DNA of 64,000 bases from contig NW_003314272.1 in the NCBI RefSeq assembly GCF_000143415.4, forward strand, positions 1,930,374 through 1,994,373. Reading direction: 5' to 3'. This document shows positions 1-13,314 of the stretch, piece by piece. The first letter of the stretch is position 1. Every line of letters begins with the position of its first letter. The notes under the pieces were generated by a model. The model was not told the origin of the DNA. It saw only the letters and a program-made list of their open reading frames with translations, and did no database searches. Source of the stretch: Selaginella moellendorffii. Its lineage: Eukaryota > Plantae > Lycopodiophyta. The position numbers were made by a program, and so were the translations under genes.

Positions 1-82
1 GGTTCTCAATCGCTCTGGCACAAAAAAATCGCACATCAAATCATCTACTTGGTGGTCCTCCGCAATCGGAGCAACACGTCGG

Positions 83-1615
83 CTACTTCAAATCTCCAAA
101 GTCCAAACTATCCAGTAGCTTGTCATCCTCTGAAAAGACGCAATTTGCTGCACAGGCAAACGAGTTTAGGAACGAAAGAGAAAAAGGCTGGAGCTCACCG
201 ATATCGTGCTTGTCGGGAGATTGCAAATATGACTCAGTCTCGGGGCTCATGAACGGGGAAGAGTAGCCTCCAAGCGCTCCTAGATCTGGATCAACAGCGC
301 ACCTCAAAACCGAGGAGAAAAGAAACATATCTACGTACCAGAACTCGCTCCCAGCTCCGCGGCGAGATCCGACAAGCTAAAGTTCCTCGGAAGATGGCCA
401 AGTGTTCCAAGCGACTCCCTTGAGTTGTGGCCATCTTCTTCTCCACCGTCAAACGACACAATCCCATTCTGAGAGTTGTGCTCGTGAGAGTGAGGCTCAT
501 GCGACACAAACGGCGTGTCCAAAACCATCCCGGACATATCAGTAATGCCTCCAAACGGGAAGTTTGCGCCGTTGGCACCTCCCGAACCGGGAATATCGCC
601 TGTTTGCATGATTGAATCCATTGCACTGCAAGAAAGAAACGTATCAAACGACCTGCTAGGATTCTTAAACCCGAAAGCTACCTGGATCCTGGACTCTCGT
701 GAAAGTTCTCAGCTAGTGGATTGCCACCGGTTACTATAGGCATTGGTGGAGCGGGCATATCACCAGTCAGTGGAGGAACTGGATAGCCCATCGGCACCTG
801 TCCCACTTCATGTTTGCAACGTAAGTATACGTCAGTGACCAGCTTGAATTCAACCCGGAGGCTTACTTGCGTGGTGCATGCCATTGCTGGGATGCGGCAT
901 TGGAACTTTTGTTGGAATAATTCGCATCTTTTGCATCAGATGGACCTGCTGCTCGAGCAAATGATTGAAAGTCATGATGTGCTTTTTCAGCTTGAGCCTG
1001 GCGTAGTAAGCCTTGAAAAAATCTGGATTTTGTTCTTCTAGCTTTTGCCAAACTGAAACAGTTATAGAGCGCGTGATTTTCGGCAGGAAATGAATAAAGC
1101 ATTGACGTACCGAGGCTTGTAAAACCAGGCTCGATCTTTGCTTGGTTCAAGAGAGTGTTGATAACCTCGGTTTGATTCATGTACAGCTGAAGGCACCTTT
1201 CAATGAGGTTTTGTACCTGAAAGTTCCATCAGAACCATTACACGGGCAAAAGTGATCGTCCCTACCAATTGTATGTCTTCGCATGAGATTTTTCTTCCCT
1301 CGGTACTTTGGTTTGCAGCAGAAGAAGGTGAGCTCTCAGTTCCAGCTGGAGCATTCGCCTGCTGAGTTTGCTGCGAGGCTTCCTGCGGTACTTGCTGCTG
1401 CTGCTGCTGCTGCTGTGCAGGCGATGGAGACTACACCAATCAAAATTCACGAATATCAGAATGGAATTCGTCCGCTTTGCTGAATCCGATCAATGAAAAG
1501 GCCGAAGCAGCTCGAGGAAATCAGAAAGAAGCAGTACCTGAGACGGCGCTGGCACTTGTGAGGAAGAAGAAGGAGAAGGAAGCGGCTTTGCTGTTTGCGA
1601 AGCCTGCTGCGGCAT
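83..1615 (-). CDS. Plant TIGR01589 (A_thal_3526) family protein, multi-exon
   Basis: Exons read VQNLIERCLQLYMNQTEVINTLLNQAKIEPGFTSL and C-terminal LGHLPRNFSLSDLAAEL...LGALGGYSSPF, both typical of this family. ATG at 1615, GT donor at 1537, poly-Q (CAG) tract at ~1393-1415, stop at 83. Confidence 0.75.
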
Positions 1616-2565
1616 GGATATCACGAGACAAACTCTAGCCCCTACTTCCTGTAGAATCTACATTCTAGACACCCCCCTGCTCAAATCTCCAGTCCGAGAG
1701 GAAACTGGAGAGAAAAAAACAATCCGGGAGCCTCCAGATCCACGAGCCTAGAATTCTATCCTATGCCATCCGGCCCACTATATGTACTCTAGCCTACAAT
1801 GTACTAACCTCCGTAATTCTCGAGCTGAGTCTGGACACCACTGGAATGCCCACTACTCATCATCTAAGTTCCGTAATGCTCCTGGACACAGCAAAAAGGA
1901 AAAGTCCGAGTTAAACACATCGCAAGTAAGCATGAGGTCGATAGAAACAAGAAAACAAAGCTCTTCTTTTTTTTCAAACGAGAAGAAGTTCGCTAAAATC
2001 ACGGCAACCAAAGATGTGTGGAGCCAAAGAATTTAAGAACCCCGTGCACAGCAGAACGGAAGAACAGGAAGTACCAAACAAATGGACAAAAATTCTCAAT
2101 GCCACACGCACAGAGTGTAAGAACGCAGAGTCTAAAGGCAAGAGGAGAAAACAAAAAAAAAAAAAAAAACAAAACACACACAAACAAACACACACACACG
2201 CAAACAAGGAAAATGCTTCCAAAGGCCCAGAGAGAAAAGGAAAAACGCTATCGCAAAGAGAAAGAGACCTAATTCTCTCTGACGCTGCCCATCGCTCACC
2301 CTTTCGATCGCTACCGCCCAAGCGACGAGAAATTACGCAGCGGCCAGGCAGCCAGGGAGCGCCAGGAAGCCCACATTGCAATCAATCAATCACTCGCTCA
2401 ATCAATCCATCGCTAGCAGCAGCAGCGGCGCGGCGGCCATACCATTTCGCTGGCCGCTTCCGTCCTCCGCGAATCGGCCGAAAGCGCCGCCCTGCCCAGC
2501 TGGGCCGCCATTCTTTCCCTTCTTCCTCCGCCTCTTCGTCTTGCATGGCGAGAGAGAAAAATGGG

Positions 2566-2567
<2 letters not shown>

Positions 2568-2591
<24 letters not shown>
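2568..2591. repeat. (GA)n microsatellite; poly-A and (CA)n tracts nearby at ~2150-2200
   Basis: gagagagaga... run seen directly. Confidence 0.9.
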
Positions 2592-2597
<6 letters not shown>

Positions 2598-3175
2598 CGG
2601 CGAATATTCCACCGTTTTTGTCATGTGGCTCGAGATATTTTTCTGGCTAATCACCATTCCTTCGTCCGTACGATATAAAAGAGTGGCATTGCTTCATCCA
2701 TGGAGCGGAGCTCCAACTTTTGGCCTTTTCAATCTTTCTGGCTTGATCACGGGATCACGATTGTTCCATCCTGGGGAGGAAATAAATAAGAGAAGAAAGT
2801 GGCAACGAATCAAGGAGATTTTCAAGGTACCTTGCGTTCACGAGGAGATCGCTTGGTCCGTGGAGTGCTTAAAAGCCTCCACTTTTCATATGTTCCTGGG
2901 ACACTTGCCACGAAAGAAAAGGAGGAGATCTAGGCTTTAGCACTTTGCTGGCCCTGGCATCACGTACCTATGTTGCTGCCGGGAAGTACTTTAAACTCTC
3001 TCGCCACAGGATAAAAAAGAAAGCCATCTGAGATGTGATTTCCCGTTGGACAGCGTACCGCTTTGAGATAGATGGAAAGAGATAAACTGGCGGACCTGGT
3101 ACTCCATACTCGCGCCTTTAACGAGCTTTTAAAGCTCGAAAGTGAGCTTCTCTCGCGCCCCTCTCCTTCTTCGTC

Positions 3176-5777
3176 TCAAGACGCCAGCATGAGAGCTCTG
3201 ATCTCCCCCTGGCTGCTTGCCGCCAGCATGGTGTGGCTATCACTCCTCCTCCAGCAGACGGCGCTGACAAACGGTCGTGTATCATCGTCAGCTGCGTCCT
3301 TTCTCGCAAATAAATGGCTGAGTGCCGGCTTTGGAATCCCCTGAAACATCACCATTGAGATTTGTTCTACTTCGTCTTGACAATGCAGCTCTAAAAACCA
3401 GGCTTACCTTGTGGTAAACATAGACCTCGTTTGTCTCGCTCCCACAGGCGATGTAATCAGAAGTGACAGACAGCCCGACAAAGTTCTTTTCGTTCGTATG
3501 ACCTCTATACACCTGGAGCTGCAAGCAGATAATCGATAAACATCAGTGTCTGAGATGATTGTATATCAGCGTCGCATTGATCAGATCTCATTGATGCTTA
3601 CGGTATTCCAGCTTTCGAGGCTCCATAGCCGAAGCGTACCGTCAGTAGAGGCGGAAACCATCTCGTTTGATGGCGTAAACTTGACGTACGAGACGGCCTT
3701 TTCATGGCCCTTGAACAAATGCAAGGGGCACTTTGTCTGACGTAAATCGTAGTAATAAATGCAGTGGTCCGCTGATCCTGCCTGAAATTTTCAGCGAAGT
3801 TAACAGCAAACACAGAAGAGAGATATGAAAGAAAAAAAACGGACCCCAACTAAATTACTCGAGATAGGATTGAACGTCACCGAGCAAATGTTTGCCTTAA
3901 CCTCGACTGTCAGAACACTCGTCTTGAGCTCCTTGCTCCATAGCTTAACCTGCAAGGGAGATTGACCCAAATCATCCTGTAAAAAAAGAAGTAATTGTTT
4001 CTAACTTTGCCGTCGTCGCCTCCAGAGACTAACCGCGACGGCTCCATTGGCGAGAAATCAACACTCCATATCCGCCTTTCGTGCTCGTCATAATTGACTG
4101 TATTCTGAATGAAATGGTTTTTATATCAGAGCCGATCGATAGGACCCCATTCTTTTACTTACTTGGCACGCACTAATATCCCAGATCTTTATGATGCCGT
4201 CGTAATCGCTAGTAGCGACGCAGCTTTTGGAAAACTTGTCCCAGCTCACACAACTTAGCTTCTTACCTGTTTGTATCTCAAGGCTTGGATTCCACACGAC
4301 AAGGGACCATCTCACAGCCTACAGATGTTAAGCCCTTGTGTTTACCCCATTGCAAGATTCTCATATTTACCTTCGGAAACTCGAACACCCGCAAATATCC
4401 CGAGACACTCGCTGTTACAAAGAACTCGTCACCGGGATCAAAATCGAGGCTGCACAGAATGCTTGCGCTTGAGATGTGAGCTTCAGAAAATGCACAACGG
4501 CATACCCAGATACGATGTTTGAGGAATTTGACAGACCTCCTGATTGAGTTTCCGATAGTACATGTAGTTTTCTGCAGCATTGTCAGTTCTTGGAATGCCT
4601 TGAGGTACACTGAGAAATCATACCTATAGCGACAAAATCCTGAAACAACGGAGCGAAAGGTGTCTAATCCAGAACCATAACTGCCTCTGGATTGGCAACG
4701 TCTAATCTCGTCTATGTAGATTTCTCGAAACAGGTCATATTGCTGCAACAAATGGCGGAGTATAAAATATCAAATAGTTCGTCACAACACTTTGACGCTT
4801 TACCTCAATTAGAACCATGGCTTTCCTTCTTTTAGGAGTCGGCTGCAGCAACTTGGCAACAGAATTCTGAGAAATTCCAGAGCTCGTTGAGCTCGCAGAC
4901 ATTTTAGCTCCAGAAAATGCTGTCAGATACGATTTCTTCTGTTGCTGGAGTTGGCTTCTTTCTTGTCTCAGCGACAGCAAGTCATTCTTCAAGGCTCTCA
5001 TATCTTCCTTCACCTGCATTCAGAGATCAATAAAAGCCCAAATCGTTATTTCGAAAAGCATCACACTTACTGACCTTGTCAAGTTCAAGTTGCTTTCGCC
5101 TTTTCAACTCGTGGAAAAACTCAAGCAAATAATCCATATTCTCCTCGGCCTCTCTGTGTTGTGCCTTCATCTTTCTATCCGAGAGAAGGTTGAGCAGAAA
5201 GTCGATTTCCTTGAGCGACATATCATGAGCTCCCTGTAAAAACAAAAGGGACAAAAGTAAAGTGGGAAAAGTGAAAACGGTACGAGAAAAGTTCAGCCAC
5301 CGACATGCTGGAGAGCGACTCGTAAGTTCTCTGTGGGAGAACCTCGAGTCAGAGATTTTAGTGTCTGGAGCTCTCTCACGACCTGGATCATAACAAGCCA
5401 AAGGCATGAAATCTCGTGAGAATCTAGGAAACCTCTAGAAAATTCCAGACCTTCCCGAGAAGAACGTTGGGATACATGAGCTTCGTGGTGAGGTAGCTGG
5501 AGCAGCAAGGGCAGCTACTCCTCCCGTTCAAGTGCGTCGAAACACACGAGTAGCAAAAGCTGTGTCCGCAAGCCGTGAGAAATGGATCTCTCAACGTCTG
5601 GAAACATACTGGACACGAGAGATCCTTCTCCAGATCGGCCAGCGCCACCGCCGGGAGAGGAGGCGATGGATGAGGAGGATCCCGAGGAGGAGGAGCAAGA
5701 GAAGGATCTTCCTGGCAGCTCTTGCTCTTCCCTGGATCGCTATCATCGGCGATCGTCGCGGTTTCACCCTTCGGCAT
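3176..5777 (-). CDS. COP1: COP1-like RING-coiled-coil-WD40 E3 ubiquitin ligase, multi-exon
   Basis: [33 protein letters not shown], a coiled coil, and WD40 exons [24 protein letters not shown] and [32 protein letters not shown]. Last exon is [31 protein letters not shown]. Confidence 0.85.
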
Positions 5778-6135
5778 TCGATCGTCGAGGCGGCGCAGGA
5801 ATTTCACAAACCTACGTCCACAAAGACGAGAGACAATGCTCGGTAGCGTCAGCGGTAGCGGACAAATATTACCTTTTCTCTCCCTCCAGCGCAAGAACCC
5901 TAGCGCTAGCTAGCAGCGAAAATTCCCGGCTAGCAGCCTCGAGTCCATGTGGTTTTCACGTGCGAACGGGAGAGATCGACGGCTCTCAAGGCGCAAGAGA
6001 TCAATCTGACGGCCCAGAGCGCGTGGAGCTGTTTTAAACGAAACAAGCGGGATGTCTACGTGGATGCCCAGAAGATATGAACGTAAAGAAAGAGATGAGA
6101 GACGAACGTTTTTCTCTTTTATATTCTTCCTCTCG

Positions 6136-7975
6136 TCAGTAGATCCTTACACCCAATTTCTTAAGCTTGGACCTGACATCGCTGTTTTGTTTCTCGAGCT
6201 TGAGGCTCCGGAAGTGGTTCTGGAACTCGGAGAAGTCGGCCTTCATTTGCTCCAGCTCGCACCGGATCGTCCGGATCTCCTGCTGGAGCGCCGCGGTTCC
6301 TCCCCCCTCGATCTTGGGAACCTCCATCGGCAGCTTCTGATTCGCCTGGCTGCTGTTCTTGAGCTTGAGGTGCTCGAAAAAGAGGATCTGCATCACGGTT
6401 CGCAGCGGGAGGCGCTCGTTCTGCGCGGCGTGCATCGAGGAATGGAGTGACAGCCGCTTACAGTCCAGAAGCTGGCACAGATCCTTGCGTTCTTCGTCCT
6501 TGAGCTCCGGATGGACCTGCAAAGTCACAAGGTTTTCGTAAGTCACAAGAGCTATGGAGCTGGCACTCCACCTTGAGGAAGATATTGATGGCGGTGTAGA
6601 GATAATCGTGCGAAGCGCGGTAAGAGTCCGGGAGAGCCTCAGCGAGAGCCTTGAACCTCGCTACGCTCAAGTTCCTGTCCTGCGAGATCTCGGCCAGGTA
6701 ATTGTCCACCAGAGTCGCCACCCTCACTCGATGATCCAGCACCACCGAGTTGCCGCTCCCATAGTTGCTCGTGACGATCTCGTCTTGCCTCACAAAGTGC
6801 TCGACGAGCCTCTGCACTAGATCAACGTCAACCTTGAGTCCACAGCAGCTGCTCGCGTCGAGCGCCGGCACGAGCAAGTCGCTCAATGCTGCGCTGTCCA
6901 GCTGCGTACCTGCGCGCTGCTCGAGGTCGATCTTGCAAGGCAAGTCGGCCTCCAGGAGGTGCGCCATCCGGATCAAGTGCATGAGAAACCGGCTGGGAAC
7001 CAAGTCCTTCCCCCGAGGAAGCATGCTCAGGACCTGTTCCAGGAGAAGCCTTCCTTTGCCTCGAAACGAATGCTGGTCGTACTCGATCTCGGAGCGCCGG
7101 GGAAGCCAGCTCAAAGCGTAGAGCGCGACCGCACCAGCAATCAGCTCCAGCTTCATCCCTTTCACCCGTATCGCGGCCATCACCTTTTTGAAATAGTCAA
7201 CTGGAAGCTTGAGAAGATCGTCAAACCACCACTCTTTCATGAGCTCCTGTTTGTTGCTGCTACTCAGATCCATGCTCCTCCTGCTCGGGCTCTGAGCTCT
7301 CGATCCCATCCTACTGCCGTGACTACTCCGGACACCCCGCGGATCTGTGCAAGCCTTCCATGCTATGGATTCCGTGCACCTCTGGACGATCATCAGCCTC
7401 TCGGCCCAGGCGTGAATTTTTCCGCAGCTCAGCAACACTGTCACCGAGTCCTTCCACGATCCCAAGACGACGGTGTTGAAAAAAGCCTCGGCCTTGGACA
7501 CGAGGTTCCCGTCCTCCAGATCCTCCGTCATCTCCAGGTGAACCGCGGCACACCACAGCGCCGCCACGTTGGAGGCGTCCATGTCGACGGGCATTCCATA
7601 GCAGAACTTTGCTGCCAGCTCGAACGCCTCGGGGCCGCCGGGAACTTCGTCCAGTCGTATCCGGTTCTTTTGCGTGTCCCGGGACTCAAACACCAAGCGG
7701 TTGAGAAGGCCGCTCCTAGAAAGCAGTGGAAACTTTGGTTGCAAGCAATGTAAGCTTTCATCGCCCAAGAGAAAGAAACAAGAAAAGAATACCTTGTGAA
7801 GATGGAACCTCACATCTTTCACCTCCACCACGATGTCACTTTGTAGCTCCGTCGCCACGCACCTAAAACCCGAGAAATCAAGACCATCCACAAACGAAAA
7901 TCTCAATGCCACGAACCAAGAGCGGCCTTTCGCCTCCGAGAGATTGGCATTTGCCCCCAGCTTTATGGTACTCAT
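6136..7975 (-). CDS. BTB/POZ-NPH3 (NRL family) protein
   Basis: SDIVVEVKDVRFHLHK|FPLLSRSG, PGGPEAFELAAKFCYG, WWFDDL, HAAQNERLPLRTVMQILFFE and a C-terminal coiled coil; 3 short introns. Confidence 0.92.
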
Positions 7976-8586
7976 CGCATCCTTTCCCAAAATTCCTCAC
8001 CCCGATCGCTCCCTGGAGCAAGGAGGAGATCAATCAAAAGCCCGGCAATTCCTCTACACTCATTCCACGACAAGAATAGGCATTGCCTCCTCTAAAAAAA
8101 TGGCAACCCCGAAATACCTAGAGCCCTACCCTGCCGATGGATCCATCGCCAAAAACACTCGGTCCAGCGAGCGGCGCTCACTCCGCGCGCCAAGAACACC
8201 ACGGCGCCATCGCACCGAATTGCTCCTCGCTGCCGCCGTGCCCTCGCCCCGGGGCAACAAGAACAGCAAAAGTACCGTCCATTGCCCTCCTCTCTCATAC
8301 TCTGGCTAGCTATACCACTAGTAACTACGCACTCGGAGGGAGGAGGGAAGCGCAAAGATTCTCAACCCTGGGCCGTCGGATCTGTTACACGTGGACGGCT
8401 GGCCGTGGGGCCCGGACATACCCCAAATGGACCAATAGCAAGCTGCCACGTCTGAATCTGCGTGCAACATGGCGTGCATTATAGCATGATGCACGATGAT
8501 GAGATCTTTTAACTTATGCATGAGGGTATATTCGACCGCTTTGATACGGCGCGGTTGACTAAGAGTTAGCTAGCTCCAAATGTTTG

Positions 8587-9594
8587 TCACCGTACATTGA
8601 TTTTCCTTGTCTTTATGTTTCCACCGTGATCACCGCCGCTGTTCTTGGGGGCCATTTGTTGCGTCTTCTTGAGAGAACCCAGGTTTTGGGTGACGAGTTT
8701 GAGCGATTGTTTCCAAGTGCTGGCCTTCTTCTCCAGATATCTGCAACAAGAATGATAGAAATTTCACGATCCAAAGCTCCCAGAAAACCAAACCTTTCGT
8801 TTGGCCTATAGCCAATACACTTTACGCACTTTGGTCCATCCACCTGGTCACCCATTCCCTTGTCCACACACTTCCTACAATATAGCTTACCACAAACCTG
8901 GAAGAAAGAACCATCGATCAAACTAGAATTCCATCCAAGGATAATCTCATCACATACACACGGCCACACTTACCAGACACCTCGTTTTCAACCACAGTGG
9001 CCTCTCCCCACACTTGGTACACTGTTGGCTGTCAACGTTTCGATTCCCAGTCGGAGGTAGAGTCCTAGGTGGAAAAAACCCACATAGCTCCGTCCGGACT
9101 ACCCGGGGCCGAGATGGAGCTCTAGATCTCCCAGACAACACAATATAGTCCTCTCTATTTCCAAGCAGCTCTCCCACAGTGGAACTCTTTCGAGGCGATT
9201 GCCGCTCCTCACACTCCACTTCCTCGTACACAGTCGCCATCTTGGGAGGACTCACTGGAACTGGAACTGGAGCTGGAGCTGGAGAAAGATTTGGAGCTGA
9301 ACGAATTGGAGCTACTGGACTTGGAGTTTTTGGAGGTGGAGCTCCAGGGGCTGGATTCAACGGAGTTTCGCTCAAAACCAAGTCCTTGAGCGTGAGATCC
9401 TGCTGCCAAGCCATTTGCTCGTAGAAGGCATCTAGAGCTTCTTTCCTATTCCTATTACCACTACTAGAAACACTATTAGTCTTCCATAACATTTCCGGGC
9501 TCCCATCCAAAGCTTCTTTCCTATTCCTACCATCACTACTAGAAGCAATGCTAGTCTTCCATGGCACTTCCGGGCTTCCATCATCAACAGCCAT
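8587..9594 (-). CDS. Protein with an XLG-N-terminal-type Cys-rich zinc-binding domain and no G-alpha domain
   Basis: Spliced read is CTKC...RCL|VCGKLYCRKCVDKGMGDQVDGPKCVKCIGYRPNER|YLEKK. This resembles the extra-large G protein motif CxVCxxxYCxxCVxxxMGxMxEGRKCxxCIG. The N-terminal half is Pro/Ser-rich. Confidence 0.6.
9433..9582 (-). repeat. 75-bp (25-aa) in-frame tandem duplication
   Basis: DGSPEVPWKTSIASSSDGRNRKEAL / DGSPEMLWKTNSVSSSGNRNRKEAL. Confidence 0.85.
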
Positions 9595-9799
9595 TGCTCT
9601 CCCCAAGTGTCTCTTCGCAATCTCTTTTTAAGTGACAAAACACGACAACAAATCAAAACACTACAACGGAGTAGCCCAAGTTGGTCTCTCAACTTCATTG
9701 ATCATACTAAATAAAAAATGAAGTATATTCGCAAAATGGTTCTCTACGACATAGAGACCCAAATCTTTTTTATCACGGGGGATCTCGATCATATCCTTC

Positions 9800-11403
9800 T
9801 CACTGCTGAGCGCACTGGACTCTTGGTCCAGCCGGTTCGTCGTCCTCGTCGTACGCTTCCTGTTGCTGCTGCTGCTGCTTCTTCCGCATCTCCTCCTCCA
9901 GATTCACGTCGTGGAGCGTAGTCTCCTCGCACTCGTCCAGCTCCATCTCCGTCAGCTGGCTCGACGGCCGCGGCGGCAGCACTGCTTCCAAAGCCTTGCA
10001 TTGCTCCGGAGTGAGGCTCCCAGACTCGGGGAAGTCGACCGAGAAGTGGATGTACAGGGTTCCCTTCATGAAGGGTCTCTGGTGGTGAGGCATCCCTTCA
10101 TCGTTGATAGCCTTGAATTGGCCTGAAAGAGAGGAGACATACGTTTAGAGAAGCCCAAGAGCTACACCAAGTGATTTGCATACCTGGCTTGATAATCTCG
10201 CCCGGTCTCGACTTGACGAGGAGTTGCCTGCCGTCGAGGTGAGTGATGGTGAACTGGAAACCGCAGAGAGCATCCAGCAAAGAGAGGCTGTGCTCCAGAA
10301 AGAGATCGTCGCCCTTTCTCTTGAACTTGGGATGCTCCTTCTGTTGCAAAACGAAGATGATGTCCCCGGTGATTGTGTCCGGCTGCAAAAGCACAGTACA
10401 TTCGTCATTCAGGGGCCCATCGTCCAAAACATGCTAAGCTAACTTACCGCTTCGTCGGCCTCTCCTTGGAAGGTAATCTTCTGATTGTGAGACATTCCCT
10501 TCTCGACAAAAACCTCTAGAAGCTTCTTCTCTTGAAGGACAACCTTGTTGCCCTTGCACTGGGGGCACTTGTCTTTCTCGTTGATGGTCTCTCCTGGAAT
10601 CGTGTGAACGCGTGAGTAGACTGTACACTGGAAAAAGGAGAAAGGCAAAACATACCCGAACCCCGGCAATCGTTGCAAACTTTCTGCATCTGTTGAATCA
10701 TTCCAGGGCCGATTTGATGGACAGATATCTTCATTCCAGTGCCACGGCAACCGGTACACTTTGAAGAATTCCCAGACTTCGAGCCCTTTCTGCATTGAAG
10801 AAAAGGAAGCTTAAGAACAAGAACAAACGATGTCGATCATACCCTTTGCAGCTTGGACAAAGTATGTTCCGTGACAATGTAAGCTTCTTTGACGTGCCGT
10901 TGTAGAGATCCTCGAGGGAAACCTTTAAGGTATGAACCACATCCTCGCCTCTCCTCTTTCGGCTGCCGCCTCTACTGCCACCGCCTGGAAAATTTCCTTC
11001 CTTTTCAATCCAAAACAACCACACCAGACACACAACGTACCACCACTGAAGAGCGACTCGAAGATATCAAAAGGGCTTCCGGCGCTGGGGCCGCCCATGC
11101 CCTCCTTGAGACCCTCCTCGCCATACTGATCATAGATTTCCTTCTTCTCGGGGTCACTCAAAACCTCGTACGCTTGCGAAATCTCTTTGAACTGGGGATC
11201 ACCGGCAATCCCAGGCATGAGAAAAGAGAAATCCGGCAAACAAAGCACCTTACCTGCTCGGGATCGCCTCCCTTGTCGGGGTGATTCTTGATGGCGGCCT
11301 TCCGGTATGCCTTCTTCAAATCCTCCGGCGATACATCCTTGGAGACGCCAAGGATGTCGTAATACTTGGTCTCGTTGCTCCGCCTTGGCCCGCGCCCAAA
11401 CAT
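9800..11403 (-). CDS. Type I DnaJ/Hsp40 (DNAJA, J2/J3-like), multi-exon
   Basis: J domain with HPDKGGD, G/F region, CxxCxGxG zinc fingers, C-terminal domain, and the farnesylation CaaX motif RVQCAQQ*. Confidence 0.95.
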
Positions 11404-11598
11404 AGCTCTAGATCTGTGCTCCTCGACACAAACCCTAGCTCGTCGTTGTTTTAGTTTATACTGGAAAAAGGGTTAAAAGCCCCCTTTGAAAGCCTTCGAA
11501 GGCCCTAGAAGCTTCACGAACAACCGTCCGATGCAAAAGGCGATCCATTAACGAAAAGAATAATTGGGCTTTAAGAAATTTTTCCTTGAATGTTATTT

Positions 11599-13110
11599 TT
11601 ACTTGGCCAATGCGAGCAATACAATTCCTATGAGAACCATGGCTCCCGATCCCCAGAAGAGCGAAGCAGCGTTTCCAGAGATCTCTCCAAACAGGAACAT
11701 ACCCCACAAACCAGCGACGAAGATCCCGCATTGCATTCTGCGAAGAAACGAAGATATCAATCGAAAGAAGATCATTTGATCACAACACTCTAGATCCTAT
11801 CTACCTACAACTAGAAAAAATAAAAATCGAAAGAAAACTTACATGGGATAAGCTACTGTGTAGCCGACGTAGAGAATGCTCAGGATGCTAAGCGCGTTTC
11901 CTGTGAAAAAATTGAGCCTTCGAGATTTCTGGAGTGAAACAAAACTCCTCACCTATGTTCCAAATAAGGCCCGAGACGAGCCCTGGTCCAGAAGCAACTT
12001 TCGGATTGAGCGGCGGCCATGTTCGGCTGGTCGCGGACAAGTATGGAATAACAGTCACTATGGGTGCAAAGATGAGAACTCCGATTGCAAACGATGGAAG
12101 ATAGGTGAGTCCCTGAGAATCAAGTTCTCATTAGTTCCTGGAATACCAAAGAAGGTATCGAATGCTTGCTTACTCTAGCTGAGTGTTTCGCTCTGGTCAT
12201 CGGAAGCTTGTAAAAGAAAAACATTTTACGAGTCAAAGGACAAAACCGTGGTGAGAACTTTGACCTTTACCATGACTAGACCTCCCAAAATTCCAGCCAA
12301 GACTGCTGCGATGACTCCATGAGTGAAGTTGTCGCTAATCCTGTCCTCACCACTCTTTACAAGAACTTAGAACCCACAGACATGAGCTAGTTGACGTACT
12401 GGACGATAGAGTAGCGTGTCTAGTTCGTCTTCTCGACCAGTAGCGACGCGGCCCATATGTCCAGCTGCGGCCAAAGAGCCTGATCAAAAACAAAAGCGTG
12501 AGCACCGAAGGAAAATATGGAGGACGACGATCTTACAAATTCCTGCTAGAAGAATCAACATGCCTATGATGGCCAAAGCCAAGCTTCGGACATGCCCGTG
12601 AGGATCAAAGATCAAGCCAGCGAGGAAAGAAACTGGGACAAAAACAATCCAAACTTGAGCTAAAATCGCGAGGAGTTTTAAGTTTACATACCAACAACAG
12701 CGGTTCCACACCAAATGCCAGTGCCAACTGCGAAAATGGAAAAAACATCTCAAGAGCTCTCTGGAAACGAGAATGGAAAACCTGAGACGCCGATCAATCG
12801 CACAGCTCGGTAGGCATTGGCAGCCGAGACGACGAAGAAGAGCCCACTGAGAAGTCCCAGAGGAGTAAAAACCAGCTTGTGCACGAAGATCAATGCCAGG
12901 AAGCTCGTCACCGCGATTCCAATGCTAAAAGCAAACTCCTAGAAAAAGAAAAATTTCGATCGATCGACTAGCTTACCATGCCCAGAAGTTGAAGATGAGT
13001 GGATCAACGCGCGCTCTCCTCACCGCCTCCATCTTGGAGAAGATCGTGAAGGTGCCATTGCAAATGGCGGCAAGAACAGCGAGGAAAACCCCAATTGCGA
13101 CCGATGCCAT
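11599..13110 (-). CDS. Multi-pass DMT-superfamily transporter, TMEM144-like, multi-exon
   Basis: First exon MASVAIGVFLAVLAAICNGTFTIFSK...DPLIFNFW, hydrophobic middle exons (GTGIWCGTAVV), last exon QCGIFVAGLWGMFLFGEISG...VLIGIVLLALAK*. Most exons are too short for the ORF track. Confidence 0.65.
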
Positions 13111-13314
13111 GGAGATAGGGCAAGACACAGTGGATCATCGCTTGGATCATCCTCATATCCTTGCCTAGATGCGACGCTGACATGCAGCATGCAAATCGGC
13201 AGGAGAGGCGCGTGTCGATCAGACCACACGCGTCGCCGAAATCAACGGGGGGGAAAGGGCAAAATAAAAACAAATTAGGGTTCTTGAGGGGTTTTGGCAT
13301 TTAGGTCGCCCCAA

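Noticed and set aside
2014-2940. 308-aa plus-strand ORF
   Set aside because: It runs through poly-A, (CA)n and (GA)n tracts, has low complexity and no domain. It is most likely the leader, intron or promoter of the minus-strand gene.
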